Positions 1 to 12,100 of a DNA stretch of 64,000 bases are shown here, in pieces (position 1 is the stretch's first letter; each line of letters begins with the position of its first letter). Source of the DNA: Fumia xinanensis (GTDB taxonomy: Bacteria > Bacillota > Clostridia > Oscillospirales > Ruminococcaceae); NCBI RefSeq assembly GCF_014384905.1, contig NZ_JACRSV010000002.1:585882-649881 (forward strand), given 5' to 3'. The notes under the pieces were generated by a model. The model was not told the origin of the DNA, made no database searches, and saw only the letters and a program-made list of their open reading frames with translations. A program made the position numbers and the translations under genes.

Positions 1-1
1 G

Positions 2-1204
2 GAAGGCAACATCACTTTCTACGCCATCGTGGATGAAAAAATCATCGCCTCCCAGCCTTTTGAGGGGATAGAGCAGTACGATTTTCGACAAGCTACCTGG
101 TATCAGCAGGCCATAGACGCCCGGGGCCAGGTGATTTTTACCGATGCCTACAAGAGCGTCACTGGCAGACAGGTGGTCACAGTGGCGGCGGCCAGCCCTA
201 AAAGCGGAAACATCATTGTCATCGACCTGTTTACCGAAAACTTTGAGCACTACCATAAGAATCTGTCCTTGATAGAGGACGGAGCTTACTATCTGTGCGA
301 TTCCAGCGGAAATCTCCTGTTTTACAGCGCGCCGTTTGACGTGGACGAGGCGGCAATGGAAAATTACGTCAAAAGCGTTGTTTACAAGGCAAGTACCGGA
401 GAGCAGCTGGAAAACGGAAAGGAATCCTTTCGGGATTTAAATGGTAAGGCCCGCGGCCTTTATTACTACCAGATGCCAAACGGCTGGCTTTCCATCCTTT
501 CGGTGCCGCGTGCGGTTTTGCTGGAAGGAATGGGGGTGGTGGTCACCTGGTATGCTGTCCTCATGGTTGTATTTTTAACGGCGTCAGTGGCCTATTGGCT
601 GCGGGAAGGCCGTCTGAACAAGACCATTGAGCGGACCAACGACACCATCAGGGTGCTGGGCAACTCCTACTATGCCATATACCGCGTCGATGTAGATAAA
701 GGCGAGTATGAGATGACCAAAGGCTCCGATTACGCGCGGCAGAAGCTCCCATATAAAGGAAGCTACGAGGCGCTGCCGGAAACCGAGGAGCAAAATTCAG
801 CGGCGGCGGATGTTTTGCAGGGCAGGCATATATTGCTGGTTGAAGATAATCCCCTCAATATGGAAATTACAGCCGAACTTTTAAAAATGAGAGGAGCACA
901 GGTGACTCCCGCCGCCAACGGCAGAGAAGCGGTAGAAGCTTTCGAAAAATCGGAACCTGGGTTCTTTGACGGAATCCTGATGGATATGCAGATGCCGGAG
1001 ATGGACGGCTGTGAGGCGGCACGGGCTATCCGAAACTTGAACCGTCCCGACGCGAGGGCGGTGCCCATTGTAGCACAGACGGCCAATGCCTTTGCTGAGG
1101 ATATTTCCCGCACTGAACAGGCGGGCATGAACGCCCATCTCTCAAAACCCATTGACATGGAACAGCTCTGTTGCATATTAGAGGAACTGTTTACCAAACG
1201 GTGA
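2..1204 (+). CDS. Membrane sensor protein: periplasmic dCache-like domain, TM helix, C-terminal receiver (REC) domain; 5' end lies outside the window
   Basis: The open frame runs from the window edge. Cache-like sensor residues are followed by a hydrophobic TM segment (GMGVVVTWYAVLMVVFLTASVAYWL). The C-terminal REC domain carries the HILLVEDNPLN...DGILMDMQMPEMDG motifs. No HisKA/HATPase domain is visible in the part seen. Confidence 0.55.
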   Translation, partial: EGNITFYAIVDEKIIASQPFEGIEQYDFRQATWYQQAIDARGQVIFTDAYKSVTGRQVVTVAAASPKSGNIIVIDLFTENFEHYHKNLSLIEDGAYYLCDSSGNLLFYSAPFDVDEAAMENYVKSVVYKASTGEQLENGKESFRDLNGKARGLYYYQMPNGWLSILSVPRAVLLEGMGVVVTWYAVLMVVFLTASVAYWLREGRLNKTIERTNDTIRVLGNSYYAIYRVDVDKGEYEMTKGSDYARQKLPYKGSYEALPETEEQNSAAADVLQGRHILLVEDNPLNMEITAELLKMRGAQVTPAANGREAVEAFEKSEPGFFDGILMDMQMPEMDGCEAARAIRNLNRPDARAVPIVAQTANAFAEDISRTEQAGMNAHLSKPIDMEQLCCILEELFTKR

Positions 1205-1221
1205 CTGAAATAACCTAAAGG

Positions 1222-3345
1222 ATGAAACATATGACAGACAAAGAAAAATGCCACAAACAGAAAATCCTTATTGCCGACGACTCAGAGATGAACCGCTTCA
1301 TTTTGGCCGCCATGTTGGAGGAAGAATACACTGTTATTGAGGCGAAGAACGGATTGGAGGCGGTGGCTGCCCTGCAGGATATGGAGGCAGGTGTCGATTT
1401 GGTGCTGCTGGACATCGTGGCACCGGAAATGAACGGCTTCCAGGTGCTGACGGCCGTGAAACAGCACCGCTGGGGCGAACAGGTGCCGATTATCGTGATT
1501 TGGGCGGAAAACAGCCCTGTCTGCGTGGAACGGGCTTACGAGCTGGGAGCATCTGACTATATCAGGCGTCCTTTTGAGGCGGAGGCGGTTCGGCGGAGGG
1601 TGGCGGATACCCTGAGGCTGCGCGCCAAGCAGAAACAGCTTGTACAGCTGATCGCGGACCAGATCTACGAAAAAGAAAAGACCAGCAATCTCATGGTGGG
1701 CATTCTCAGCCATATTGTCGAGCTCCAATACGGTGAAAGCGACCTGCACTTGATGCACATCCAAACCATCACAGAGATGCTGCTCAAGCGTCTGGTGGAG
1801 AAGACTGACCGATATGCCCTGTCCCAGGCGGATATTTCCATCATTTCCGCTGCCTCCGTCCTCCACGACATTGGGAAAATATCTGTTCCAGGCGAAATTC
1901 TGAACAAGCCCGGAAAGCTTACTCCGGAAGAGTTTGAGCAGATAAAAAGCCATGCGGCGGCAGGGGCCCGCCTGCTCAGGCGGCTGCCTCTCTACCAGGA
2001 TGAACCGCTCATCCAGACTGCCTGTGAAATCTGCCACTGGCACCACGAGCGGTATGACGGCGGAGGTTATCCCGACGGGCTCATCGGGGAGAAAATTCCC
2101 ATTGCCGCTCAGGCGGCGGCAATTGCCGATGTATACGTAGCTTTGATTGGCGAGCGGGTCTACAAAAAGGCGTTTTCACACGAAACCGCCCTTCGGATGA
2201 TCCAAAACGGGGAGTGCGGTCAATTTAATCCCCTGCTGCTGGAATGCCTCAACGATATCTCCGGAACGCTGCGGCAGGAGTGGAAGGTTGATCTTCTGGG
2301 CCGTGAGTTCCGCTGGAAGCTGGAAAACACTGTGGCTGAGCTGCTTCGAGATAATGGGCTGTCGGCTTCGAAGCGGATCATTCGCCTGATGGAAGAGGAG
2401 CGGGATAAAAAGCGATTTTTCGATTCTCTGACCAAGGAGGTTCAATTCGAATATACTGTCACGCCGTCGATGATATGCTTTTCCGATTGGGGCGCCGCTT
2501 ATCTGGGGCTGGACAAAGTGGTCATGGACCCCGCTGGAAATAAGCTGTTTCGGGATCTGTTGGGGGAGGAAAACCTGCATCAGTTGAGCCGAGCCGTCCG
2601 CCAGACTGCGCCCCAGCATCCGGATGTTCAGCACAACTGCCAGATACGGATGAAAGGAGAGCTGCGCTGGTGCCGCGTCATCTGCCGGACGCTTTGGTCC
2701 AAGGAAGAACCGTCTCAGTTCCTGGGGGCCATCGGAAAGCTTTTGGACATCAATGAAGAGTACACCAAAATGCTCCAATGGCAGTACCGGGCCTCCTGCG
2801 ATATGCTGACCGGCCTTTTGAATAAGGCTGCGGTCCGGGAGAAAGTGCAGCAGCGGCTTTTGCAGTATCCTGACCAGCGGTTTGTGATGCTTATGGCAGA
2901 TGTGGACCGGTTCAAGGAAATCAACGATACACGGGGACATACCTTCGGCGACCGGGTTTTAAAATACATTGCCAAAAGGCTCAAGCAGCGTATCCGAGGC
3001 AGCGATATTGCTGCGCGAGCCGGCGGGGATGAGTTCCTGATTTTTGTCCAGTATGATGAGAATCCAGACGCCATCGTCAAAAGAGTGTTCGCAGACCTGC
3101 CCCGGGAATATGAGGGGCACCCCGTTTCGGTGAGCATGGGAGCTGTGACCACGATTGGAGCGGGAAGACAATATGAAGTTCTGTTTCACAGGGCGGACCA
3201 AGCCCTTTACGCCGCCAAAAATGCCGGACGGGGAAGGTTTTGCTTTTATGACGACTCAATGCGGGGCCTGCTCTCTCCGAGGGCCGGCGCTGACAGAAAG
3301 AGAGCGTTTATTTGCGCTGAAGCGGAAGAAGAGGACGAACAATGA
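1222..3345 (+). CDS. Response regulator with HD-GYP phosphodiesterase and GGDEF diguanylate cyclase domains (c-di-GMP turnover)
   Basis: N-terminal REC domain (KILIADD...DLVLLDIVAPEMNG). HD-GYP motifs (HDIGK, HHERYDGGGYPDGL). C-terminal GGDEF domain with a canonical RAGGDEF motif. A 4-nt overlap with the downstream gene suggests an operon. Confidence 0.75.
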   Translation: MKHMTDKEKCHKQKILIADDSEMNRFILAAMLEEEYTVIEAKNGLEAVAALQDMEAGVDLVLLDIVAPEMNGFQVLTAVKQHRWGEQVPIIVIWAENSPVCVERAYELGASDYIRRPFEAEAVRRRVADTLRLRAKQKQLVQLIADQIYEKEKTSNLMVGILSHIVELQYGESDLHLMHIQTITEMLLKRLVEKTDRYALSQADISIISAASVLHDIGKISVPGEILNKPGKLTPEEFEQIKSHAAAGARLLRRLPLYQDEPLIQTACEICHWHHERYDGGGYPDGLIGEKIPIAAQAAAIADVYVALIGERVYKKAFSHETALRMIQNGECGQFNPLLLECLNDISGTLRQEWKVDLLGREFRWKLENTVAELLRDNGLSASKRIIRLMEEERDKKRFFDSLTKEVQFEYTVTPSMICFSDWGAAYLGLDKVVMDPAGNKLFRDLLGEENLHQLSRAVRQTAPQHPDVQHNCQIRMKGELRWCRVICRTLWSKEEPSQFLGAIGKLLDINEEYTKMLQWQYRASCDMLTGLLNKAAVREKVQQRLLQYPDQRFVMLMADVDRFKEINDTRGHTFGDRVLKYIAKRLKQRIRGSDIAARAGGDEFLIFVQYDENPDAIVKRVFADLPREYEGHPVSVSMGAVTTIGAGRQYEVLFHRADQALYAAKNAGRGRFCFYDDSMRGLLSPRAGADRKRAFICAEAEEEDEQ

Positions 3346-3704
3346 CGTTGAAGCAATGCTATAAGGCTTTGGAAGGGGATTACAGCGGTACGTTAGCCCG
3401 GCTGTACAGCGAACAGATGGTGCAGAAATTCCTGCTTCGTTTTTTGGAAGATCAAAGCTATGAGCAACTGTGGCGATCCTTTGAGAACCATGACTACGAA
3501 TCCGCTTTTCAGGCTGCCCACATCTTGAAAGAGAGCGCCCAGGTTCTGGGGCTCTTGAGGCTCTTTTCCTCCAGTGAGGCGCTGGCGGAAGCTTTGCAAA
3601 ACGGGGAAAGCCATAACAGTGAGGTGTATATGGGGCATGTGGCGGCGGATTATCAGCAGACATTGAATGCAATCCGTCAGTACCAGATGGAATGGGATGC
3701 GTGA
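3342..3704 (+). CDS. Hpt (histidine phosphotransfer) domain protein
   Basis: A 120-aa helical protein with an Hpt-like AAHxLKxSAQVLG motif, translationally coupled to the upstream response regulator gene. Confidence 0.5.
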   Translation: MTLKQCYKALEGDYSGTLARLYSEQMVQKFLLRFLEDQSYEQLWRSFENHDYESAFQAAHILKESAQVLGLLRLFSSSEALAEALQNGESHNSEVYMGHVAADYQQTLNAIRQYQMEWDA

Positions 3705-3989
3705 GAGAAATCCGGTTTTCCGAACATCACAAAACGGCGCTGTAAGGTCCGTTGCTTTTTCGCCTTCTCGATGCTGCACTGATAAAAACGGCGGGGAGGG
3801 AGATAAATGGACGAGGTGAGGCTGAAAAGAGCGCCGCGTCGGCTGAAAAAAGAGGAATTGAGGCTGCGGTACGGAAGCGATACACCTGAGAAAGGCCTTG
3901 TTAGGGATGCTTATTTTTCCAACGGGAGGACCTGATGTCCGGTATCCTTTTGTATCGCTCCGTGCCATGGATCGGGAGGCGTTTCGCAG

Positions 3990-4334
3990 GTGCAGGCCGA
4001 ATTTTACGCCGATCTCTGCGCCGTTTTTGGGCGGAAGGTTCCCGCCGGGACGGGAGCGCATGTTTATGACCCGCGGCTGCTGGCCCAAATGGGGCTCCCG
4101 CCGCAGACGGGGCAGACAGAGATAAAAAGCCGGTTCAGTTCTCTGGCCAAGGAGCTCCATCCTGACTGCGGCGGCGACGAAGATCCGTTCATTCGCCTCG
4201 TGGAGGCCTACCGGAAGTTGATGGCGTGGAGTGAACGGGTTTGGGTTCTGCCCGGATTGATTTTGTACGATATAAATACGGTTTTGTTCCTAGGGGCGGC
4301 AGCGGAGGTAAAAGTTTCACAAATTCTTTATTGA
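3990..4334 (+). CDS. J-domain (DnaJ-like) small protein
   Basis: Carries an HPD tripeptide in J-domain context (EIKSRFSSLAKELHPDCGGDEDPFIRLVEAYRKL). The start is a GTG per the ORF track, so the exact start is uncertain. Confidence 0.4.
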   Translation: MQAEFYADLCAVFGRKVPAGTGAHVYDPRLLAQMGLPPQTGQTEIKSRFSSLAKELHPDCGGDEDPFIRLVEAYRKLMAWSERVWVLPGLILYDINTVLFLGAAAEVKVSQILY

Positions 4335-4391
4335 AAACGTTTACACTTTGGGGTAAGATAAGGGTAAAAGAACCGAAAGGATGAGTGAAAT

Positions 4392-5495
4392 ATGGATTTT
4401 TTGAGCAGCATGTCCTCCCTGCCCCTGGTGAACGGGGGCAGAAGCCGCGCCGTTACCGGTGAAAATCCTAAGGGTGAAAAAGGCGCAGGAGGGAAGGAAG
4501 CAAGCAATCTGGGGCCTTCACGGAAAGGACGGCCCTGTTATCCTTTAGTTAAGGCGGGGGAGACGGTGACTCTCTGTGACATCGAGGGACCGGGTGTCAT
4601 CCAGCACATTTGGATGACGGCGCCGGGAAAAACCAACGACCAAAATCCCTTCGTCCTTAGGGATTTGATTCTCCGCATCTACTGGGACGGAGAGGAAATC
4701 CCATCGGTGGAATGCCCTCTGGGGGATTTTTTCTGCCTGGGGTTCGGTCAGGGATACCATGTCAACTCGCTGCCCATCGCCGTTAACCCCAACCGGGGGA
4801 TGAACTGCTATTTCGCCATGCCCTTTCATAAATCCGCCCGGGTGACCGTTGAAAACCAAAACGAACTGGACATCACGGCGCTGTTTTACCAGTTTGACTA
4901 CACCCTCTATGACGAGCTGCCGAAAAACACCGCTACCTTCCACGCCCAGTGGCGGCGGCAGAATCTCACCGAAAAAGGAAAGGACTATGTGATACTTGAT
5001 GGGGTCGAGGGGCAGGGACAGTACGTGGGTACCTTTCTCTGCCTGTCTGCACTGGAGCGGTACTGGTGGGGCGAAGGGGAAGTAAAGTTCTACTTGGACG
5101 GGGACAAAGACTATCCCACCATCTGCGGCACCGGCACCGAGGATTATTTTGGCGGCGCGTGGAGCTTTGCCTCCTATCCAGAGGGAAAATGTGTGGAAAC
5201 TACCTATCAGACCCCCTTCCTTGGCTACCCCTATTATTCTGTGAAGGACGGGACAGTAGAAAACCCCTATCACGACGATTCCTGCCCGCCTATGCGGAGT
5301 TTTTACCGATTCCACATTATGGATCCCATCCGGTTTTCACAAAACCTTAAGGTGACCATCCAGCAGATTGGTGTCAGCCATCGGGGGCTCTTTGAGCGGC
5401 AAGACGACGTTTCCACCGTGGCATACTGGTATCAGCTGGAGCCTCACAAGGCGTTCCCGCCCTTCCCGGATCGGTTTAGCCGATGGCCCAGATAA
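4392..5495 (+). CDS. DUF2961 / glycoside hydrolase family 172-like protein
   Basis: Motifs recalled from the DUF2961 family are present (WGEGEVKFYLDGDKDYPTICGTGTEDYF, GENPKGEKGAGG). The protein is 367 aa, a size typical for the family. Confidence 0.5.
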   Translation: MDFLSSMSSLPLVNGGRSRAVTGENPKGEKGAGGKEASNLGPSRKGRPCYPLVKAGETVTLCDIEGPGVIQHIWMTAPGKTNDQNPFVLRDLILRIYWDGEEIPSVECPLGDFFCLGFGQGYHVNSLPIAVNPNRGMNCYFAMPFHKSARVTVENQNELDITALFYQFDYTLYDELPKNTATFHAQWRRQNLTEKGKDYVILDGVEGQGQYVGTFLCLSALERYWWGEGEVKFYLDGDKDYPTICGTGTEDYFGGAWSFASYPEGKCVETTYQTPFLGYPYYSVKDGTVENPYHDDSCPPMRSFYRFHIMDPIRFSQNLKVTIQQIGVSHRGLFERQDDVSTVAYWYQLEPHKAFPPFPDRFSRWPR

Positions 5496-5661
5496 ATGAG
5501 CCTTTGCACACGCTGGCTTGATGCGCCGGTTTTGCCTGAGGGGAGCCGAAATGGGGAGCGTCCATGCCCCTTGCTTTCTCTGGCTGGAGAACCGGACGGA
5601 CAACCGAATGCCCAAGCGGGAGGAAAGCCCAATTACAGCAAAATTTTACATGATGACGGTT

Positions 5662-5697
5662 AAAACACCGAAGCCTGTGGGCTTCGGTGTTTTTTGT
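5662..5697 (+). terminator. Rho-independent terminator after the GH172-like gene
   Basis: The hairpin aaaacaccgaagcc-tgtg-ggcttcggtgtttt is followed by a T-run. Confidence 0.7.
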
Positions 5698-6178
5698 GAG
5701 AAGCCGCAGATGCTTTTGGCTAATCGCTTTTTGAGTATTAATTTTACATCTATTAAGGAAAAAGCAGTTTTGATGCAAAAATAAATAGTATAACAACTAT
5801 TATATCGTATTATATTTACTTTTTTATCAATAAAAAACTATAAAGTAAAAATAATACGGTTGATTTATGTTAATTTTTCATTAAAATAAAAGAGTACAAT
5901 AGATTACTATGTTTTTTAGAAAAGTGAATTAGTTCGACATAATCTACATAATATCATTTGAAAATTGCCGCGTATTTATAGATTATGTCTATTTTTATGC
6001 GCTTGACATAAAAGTTGAATTATAAAGTGTTTTGACCTAATGAACGAAAAGCTGTGATAGCTGGAGAAAGTCCTGACAAATAGGCTTAGAAGAATAATTG
6101 AGGAAGTATGGAAACTGCCTGGCGAATGGAAGGAGTTTAGGCAGTTTTACATAAATTGTGACAAAGGAGATAGTTGAG

Positions 6179-9100
6179 ATGTTACACAAACGACTCAAAA
6201 AGCGGCTTTCGTCTTGCTTGGCGGCTGTGCTCGCGGTAACCTGCATGTTCAGCAGTATACCGGTACAGGCGTCCAACACGCGCGCCGCGGACAACAGGGT
6301 CAATCTGGCGCTTGGTATCACTTATGAAACCAACGCCACGGATGCTGATTACAATGAATCGTATCCGGATTTTGACCATGTTAAAATGACCGACGGGCAA
6401 ATGGCTTCCAGTGTTTGGAGTGGGGCCAGCGTCGGATTCAAAAACCTAAAAAGAGGGGATCCTGCTGCTGACATCCCTCTGACCCTGACCTTCGATTTAG
6501 GCGGGGAAAAGGACGTTAATGCAGTTCTCTTCTCTGGATGGGACAGCAACAATGACGGAGGAATCCGTAACCCTGTCCATTATGTCATCAAGTACTGGGC
6601 GGACGGCGCCTGGCAGGTTCTGCATGAGCAGAGTCATGGCCGGGTCGACCCGAATGGAGGCCATGCTTATTTCGAATTTGGCTACACCATTCCCGATAAT
6701 GGTTCCGTCAAGGCTTCAAAAATTATGTTGGAAATCACCAATGACCCTGAGACCCTCGTGGCGTTTCTGGACGAAGTACAGATTCTCGCCCCGGCAGAGC
6801 AGGGCGGTGGTATAGCCCCCGGCACCCCCGGCAACTTGGCCAAAGGCAAAAGCTACGAAGTCACGGGGACAAACGACTGGATCAGCGAGGACAAGAACTA
6901 CGGCGATCCCACCGGCCGCAAACTCACCGACGGCGTGATTCACACCGATGATTCCAGTTTCCAGACCGGGGACGCCTTGGTGGGCTACAAGGTCAACGAC
7001 GCGGAACATCAGGATTTTATCATCGATTTAGGTGAAGAGAAGGAAGTCAGCGGCTACGCCATCCACGGCTGGTGCATCAACGATTACGCTTGGCTGATTT
7101 GGAATCTTCGCCACTACTCGGTATCCTACCTGGATGGAAACGGCGACTGGCAGACTCTGGTGGACACCGAAGACCGGCTGCCCCGTCAGGATGACACCGC
7201 TTCCTGCTACACCTGGAAAGGAGATTTCCAGGCTCCTGTCACCACCAGCAAGATCAAATTTTCCATCCGCTGCTGGAGCACAGGCCTGTTCCTCAGCGAG
7301 CTTGAAGTGTTCGGCACACAGGGTGGTGGCGAACCTGACGAGCCCGATACCTACGACAATAAGGCTCTGAACCGGCCCTACACCAAATCCGAACCCTATT
7401 CAGAAAACGGTTCGATTCTCTATCCCGACACCGGCGACAGCGAACTGACTGATGGTAAAACCGGCGGCGACAGCTACGGCGATGCGGGTTGGGTAGGTTT
7501 TGCTGGACAGGACAATGAAAAATTTGTACAGGTGGACCTGGGCAAGCCTTATGACATCGATAAAGTGGAATTTTCCTACTGTGTCGACAGCGGCGCGGGC
7601 ATCAATCCGCCCTCTTCCACTAAAGTGACTTATTCGCTGGACGGCGTCACTTTCTACGATTTTGTCACCTTCCAGAATCTCAGCCCGGCTTCCGGCGCTC
7701 ACACAGTTTCTCTCAAAGGGGAGCCGGTCGTGGCCCGGTATGTGCGCTATAACTTCACCAAATCCGGCTCCTGGCTGTTTGTGTCAGAAGTTGCCGCTTA
7801 CGGTACAGCCGCGAATTTGGATCCCAAAGTACCTTACCTGGCGCAGAACCTGCCCGCGGAAAAACAGCTCTATTTCGGAAACGATGCGGAGCTCACCGTT
7901 TCCGCTATTATCGGTACCCCCGGCACCGTTACATATGAGTGGAAAAAAGACGGTACCCCGCTTGAAGAAACCGGCGCAACCCTGTCCCTCAAAAATGTCC
8001 AGGCAGAGGACAGCGGCGTCTATCAGGTGACCGTCGTCAACGAACTGAACGGGGAAAAGCACACCGCCGAGAGCAACCCCTGTACCGTCTCCGTTACCGA
8101 GGTTCAAGACGCGAAAACCCTGCTTGATGTGTTCAGGACCAAGACTCCCGTCATTGAGGGCGGCAAAGTGGTCATCGAGGACTCTCAGAGCTCTCTTTAC
8201 AAAGTGGTGATCGGCGGTTCTGACCGGGAGACCATCATTGACCTGGACGGAAACGTCTACGAGCCCCTCTTCGACACTACGGTAAACCTGGTGTACAAGG
8301 CGGTCTCCACCACCGACGAGACCGATTTCGCAAACGCAGATTACAATGTTCAGGTCGTGGTTCCCGGCAAATACAAAAAAGTAACCGGCGACAACAAAGC
8401 GCCTTCCACCCTTCCTTCCATCCGGGAGTGGAAAGGCAATACCGGCAAGTTTGAAATGACCGATTCTACAGCTATTGTCGCCAACACCGCTGTGGAAAAA
8501 GCAGTGGCCCAAAAGATGGCCACCTTCTTCAAGGATGTGCTGAAAAAAGACGTTTCCGTCAAAGAAGGCACTCCTGCTAAGGGCGATGTACAGCTGAAAA
8601 TCGATTCTTCCATCCCCGAAATGGGCGCGGAAGGCTATTACATGGACGTCACCGACACTGTCGTCGTTCGGGCCCCTCAGCAGACGGGCCTTTTATACGG
8701 CGCAATCACCGTGGTCCAGTCCCTTTACTCCGACAAGGAGAAAACCTTTATCCCCAAAGGTATCGCCAGAGACTACCCGGCCTATAAGGTCAGAGGCGCG
8801 TTTTTGGACGTGGCCCGTATGGGTTACCCTCTGGAGTATTTGGAAGAAATCACCAAGTACATGGCCTGGTTTAAGATGAACGACTTCCATCTTCACTTAA
8901 ATGACAAGGCAGATCAGGATTACAAGTCCTTCCGGCTGGAAAGCGACCTGCAAAACCTGACCTCCACAGACTTGTACTACGGAAAAGAAGAATACAAGGA
9001 TTTCCAGGACATGGCGGCCGACTGGGGCGTCAACATCATCTCGGAAATCGAGACTCCCGGCCATGCGAGAGCCTTTAGAGACGTCCCCGGCATCAAGATG

Positions 9101-12100
9101 ACTACCGACGGGGAGCATCTGGACCTCTCTGACCGTCAGACCGTCGAGACCATCAAAGGCCTTTTTGACGAAATGCTGGACGGAGACGATCCGGTTATCC
9201 GCAACCCTGTTGTCCACATCGGTACGGATGAATATTACGCCGGCACCCCTGAACAGCTCAACGAATATGTCTATGAGCTGACTCAGCACCTGGCTGCGAA
9301 AGGCGTTACCATGCGTTTCTGGGGTGCGTTTCTCAACAACGCCGGCGTTCCCGCGGGCGTCAGCAAAACCATCCCCGGTTCCCAGTGCAACATCTGGGCT
9401 TCCTCCGGCGAGTGGAGCGATACTTTAAGCCCCACCCAGATGATGGAGTACGGCTACGATCTTATCAACTCCAACGGCTACAACCTTTATATGGTTCCCG
9501 GAGGCGTCGAGTATTCCGACAGCCTGAACCACGCAAACCTTTATAATAAGTGGGATGTCAATCACTTCGACCTGGCGGGCAAACAGACTAACATCATGCC
9601 TCTGGGCCATCCTCAGGTGTTGGGCGCAGATTTCCTTATCTGGAACGATCGCGGCACCTCCAACACCGGATTCTCCATCTTCGACACCTTTACCCGTTTC
9701 CAGAATGGTACTACCATCGTGGCGGAAAAGACCTGGCACGGTCCCAAGGACGAAGATCAGGATTACAACGACTTTGCAAAACGGGATAAGATGTTCAAAG
9801 ACATCGTGGGCGGCGCAAATCCCACAAGAAAAGTCAATTCCGAGACCCAGACCCTGGTGGATATCGACTTTGAAGACGCAAGTGGAAACACCGCTTACGA
9901 TCTGTCCGACAATCATCTGGACGCTACTGTCACAAACGGCAGCTTTGTTGAGGACAACGGCAGCACCGTCCTTTCCTTCGACGGAAACGGCTCCATGTCC
10001 CTGCCTGTTCAGTCTATCGGCTTCCCCTACGAGGCTTCCTTCGACCTGAAGGTCACGAAAGCCCCGGCGGCCAATACCAAGCTCTTTTCGAGCCAGGACG
10101 GCACCTTCTATCTGAACATTGACGGCACCGGCAAAATGGGCTTCAAGCGGGACGGCTTCAAGGTCATTACGCCTAATAAGGATGTCCGGTTCGACTTGGA
10201 AGGCTACACCTTCACTTTTGATTACAAACTGCCTCTCAATACCTGGACCAAAATCAAAATCAAGTCCGACAAGCAGTTTACTTATCTGGAAGTGGACGGC
10301 AAATCCTACAAAGCGCAGAATAGTGTCAGGAGATTAGACTATCCTAAGCCCAGTTCTCTGGACGAAAGCTCTATCAGCATGTTCTCCACCGAGAAGATGT
10401 TCGAGGGTATGACCTGTATGGTGGATAACCTTGTGGTCAAGAACCCCGAACTGAAAGACAACAGCGAGAGAAACCCGAATCTGGCGTTTGAATGCGATGT
10501 CACCACCTCTCCTCTGGAGGACGGCAGCATGTACGGCCGGAACTTCTATCCCGGCGCGCTGACTGACGGCATCAAAAACGACATCAACACTCGGGTATCC
10601 TTTGAACCGAAGAGTGAAACCACCTGGGCCATCATCGACCTGGGCAAGGTGAAGGACATTAACCTCATCAAAGTGTTCTTCTTCGAGAGCTGCCCCGAGT
10701 ACAGAATCTCTATTTCTGAAAATGGGGAAGACTGGACAGAAGTTCTCCACAAGACCGACGGCGTCCATGGACGTCCCGAAAACGTCGACGTGGAAATCGA
10801 TATTCCATTCGAGACTCAAAAGGCCCGTTATGTCAAGTACGAAGGCCTCCAGAAATGGCAGTCCCAGTGGGGCGGATACCACGGCGGCCTCTCTGAAATG
10901 GAAGTTTACAACATGAAGGCCGACTTTGACGTCGTGGTCAAAGAAACTGCAAACGGCACCGTCTCCGTTGATAAAATCTACGCAAACGAAGGCGACAAAG
11001 TCACCGTTACGATTACTCCCGACGAGGGTTACAAACTGGAATCCCTCACCGTCAACGGCAAGGCAGTCACCGTGGAAGGAAATACCTATATTCTGACCAT
11101 GCCCGCCAAAAATGTGACGATTGCAGCAAACTTCGTTTCCGCGACGAAACCTACCTTCAGCGTCACCATGGACAGCATGCAAAACGGCACTGTCACCGCC
11201 GATAAGACTACTGCCAACGAAGGCGACAAGATCACCCTGACGGTCAGACCGGCAAACGGCTATCAGCTCAAGGAGATCAAGGCAAACGGCGAAACAATCA
11301 CTCCGGTGGAAGGCGTTTACAGTTTCGTGATGCCTGCAAAAGATGTGACTGTTACAGCGGTATTCGAGAAGATTCCCGAAGTGAAATACAACATCAACAT
11401 CGCAGAAACGACAAACGGCACCGTTTCTTCCGACAAGCAGACTGCTGCCAAGGGCGAGACCGTCACTCTGACTGTCACTCCTGCAAATGGCTATCTCGTG
11501 AAGAGCGTGAAGGTCAACGGCAGCACTGTTGAAGCGGTGGGCGGCGTTTACAGCTTCGTAATGCCCGCTAAAGACGTTAATGTGGAAGCAGTATTTGAGA
11601 AAATTCCCGAAAACCAGTACAAAGTGACTGTTCTGCCTTCTGAAAACGGCACTGTTACTGCTGATAAGCAGGCTGCCGCCGAAGGAGAGACCGTTACTCT
11701 GACCGTGAAGCCTGCAAGCGGCTACTCCATCAGTTCCGTCAAGGTGAACGGCGAGGCCATCACACCTGTAAACGATGTTTACCGTTTTGTAATGCCCGGA
11801 AAAGACGTGGAGGTTACCGCTTCCTTCGAACAGGGCGAAACTTATAAGATCATCGTCGAACAATTAAACGGCGGCGTGATCGTTCCCGAAAAGACCACCG
11901 CTAAAGCTGGTGAAACTATCCACCTGACCGTTGTTCCTGACTTCCAGTACGCTGTGAGCTTTGTTTGGTGCAATAAGCAGGAATTGGTTTCGAAGGACGG
12001 CAAATACAGCTTTGTGATGCCTGCTCAGGATGTGAGAATTTACGCTTACTTCATCTACATGGGCGGCTCCATCGGCGGAGGTTCTTCTGGCGGCGGAAGC

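Noticed and set aside
1282-2940. Long antisense ORFs (1282..2046, 2176..2940) opposite the REC-HD-GYP-GGDEF gene
   Set aside because: These are shadow ORFs typical of high-GC coding regions. The sense-strand gene has clear domain motifs, and the antisense translations are low-complexity with no motifs.
10334-11863. 509-aa minus-strand ORF inside the GH20 gene
   Set aside because: It is antisense to a gene with unambiguous domains and repeat structure, and its Cys/Gly/His-rich translation comes from the repeat region. It is a frame artefact.
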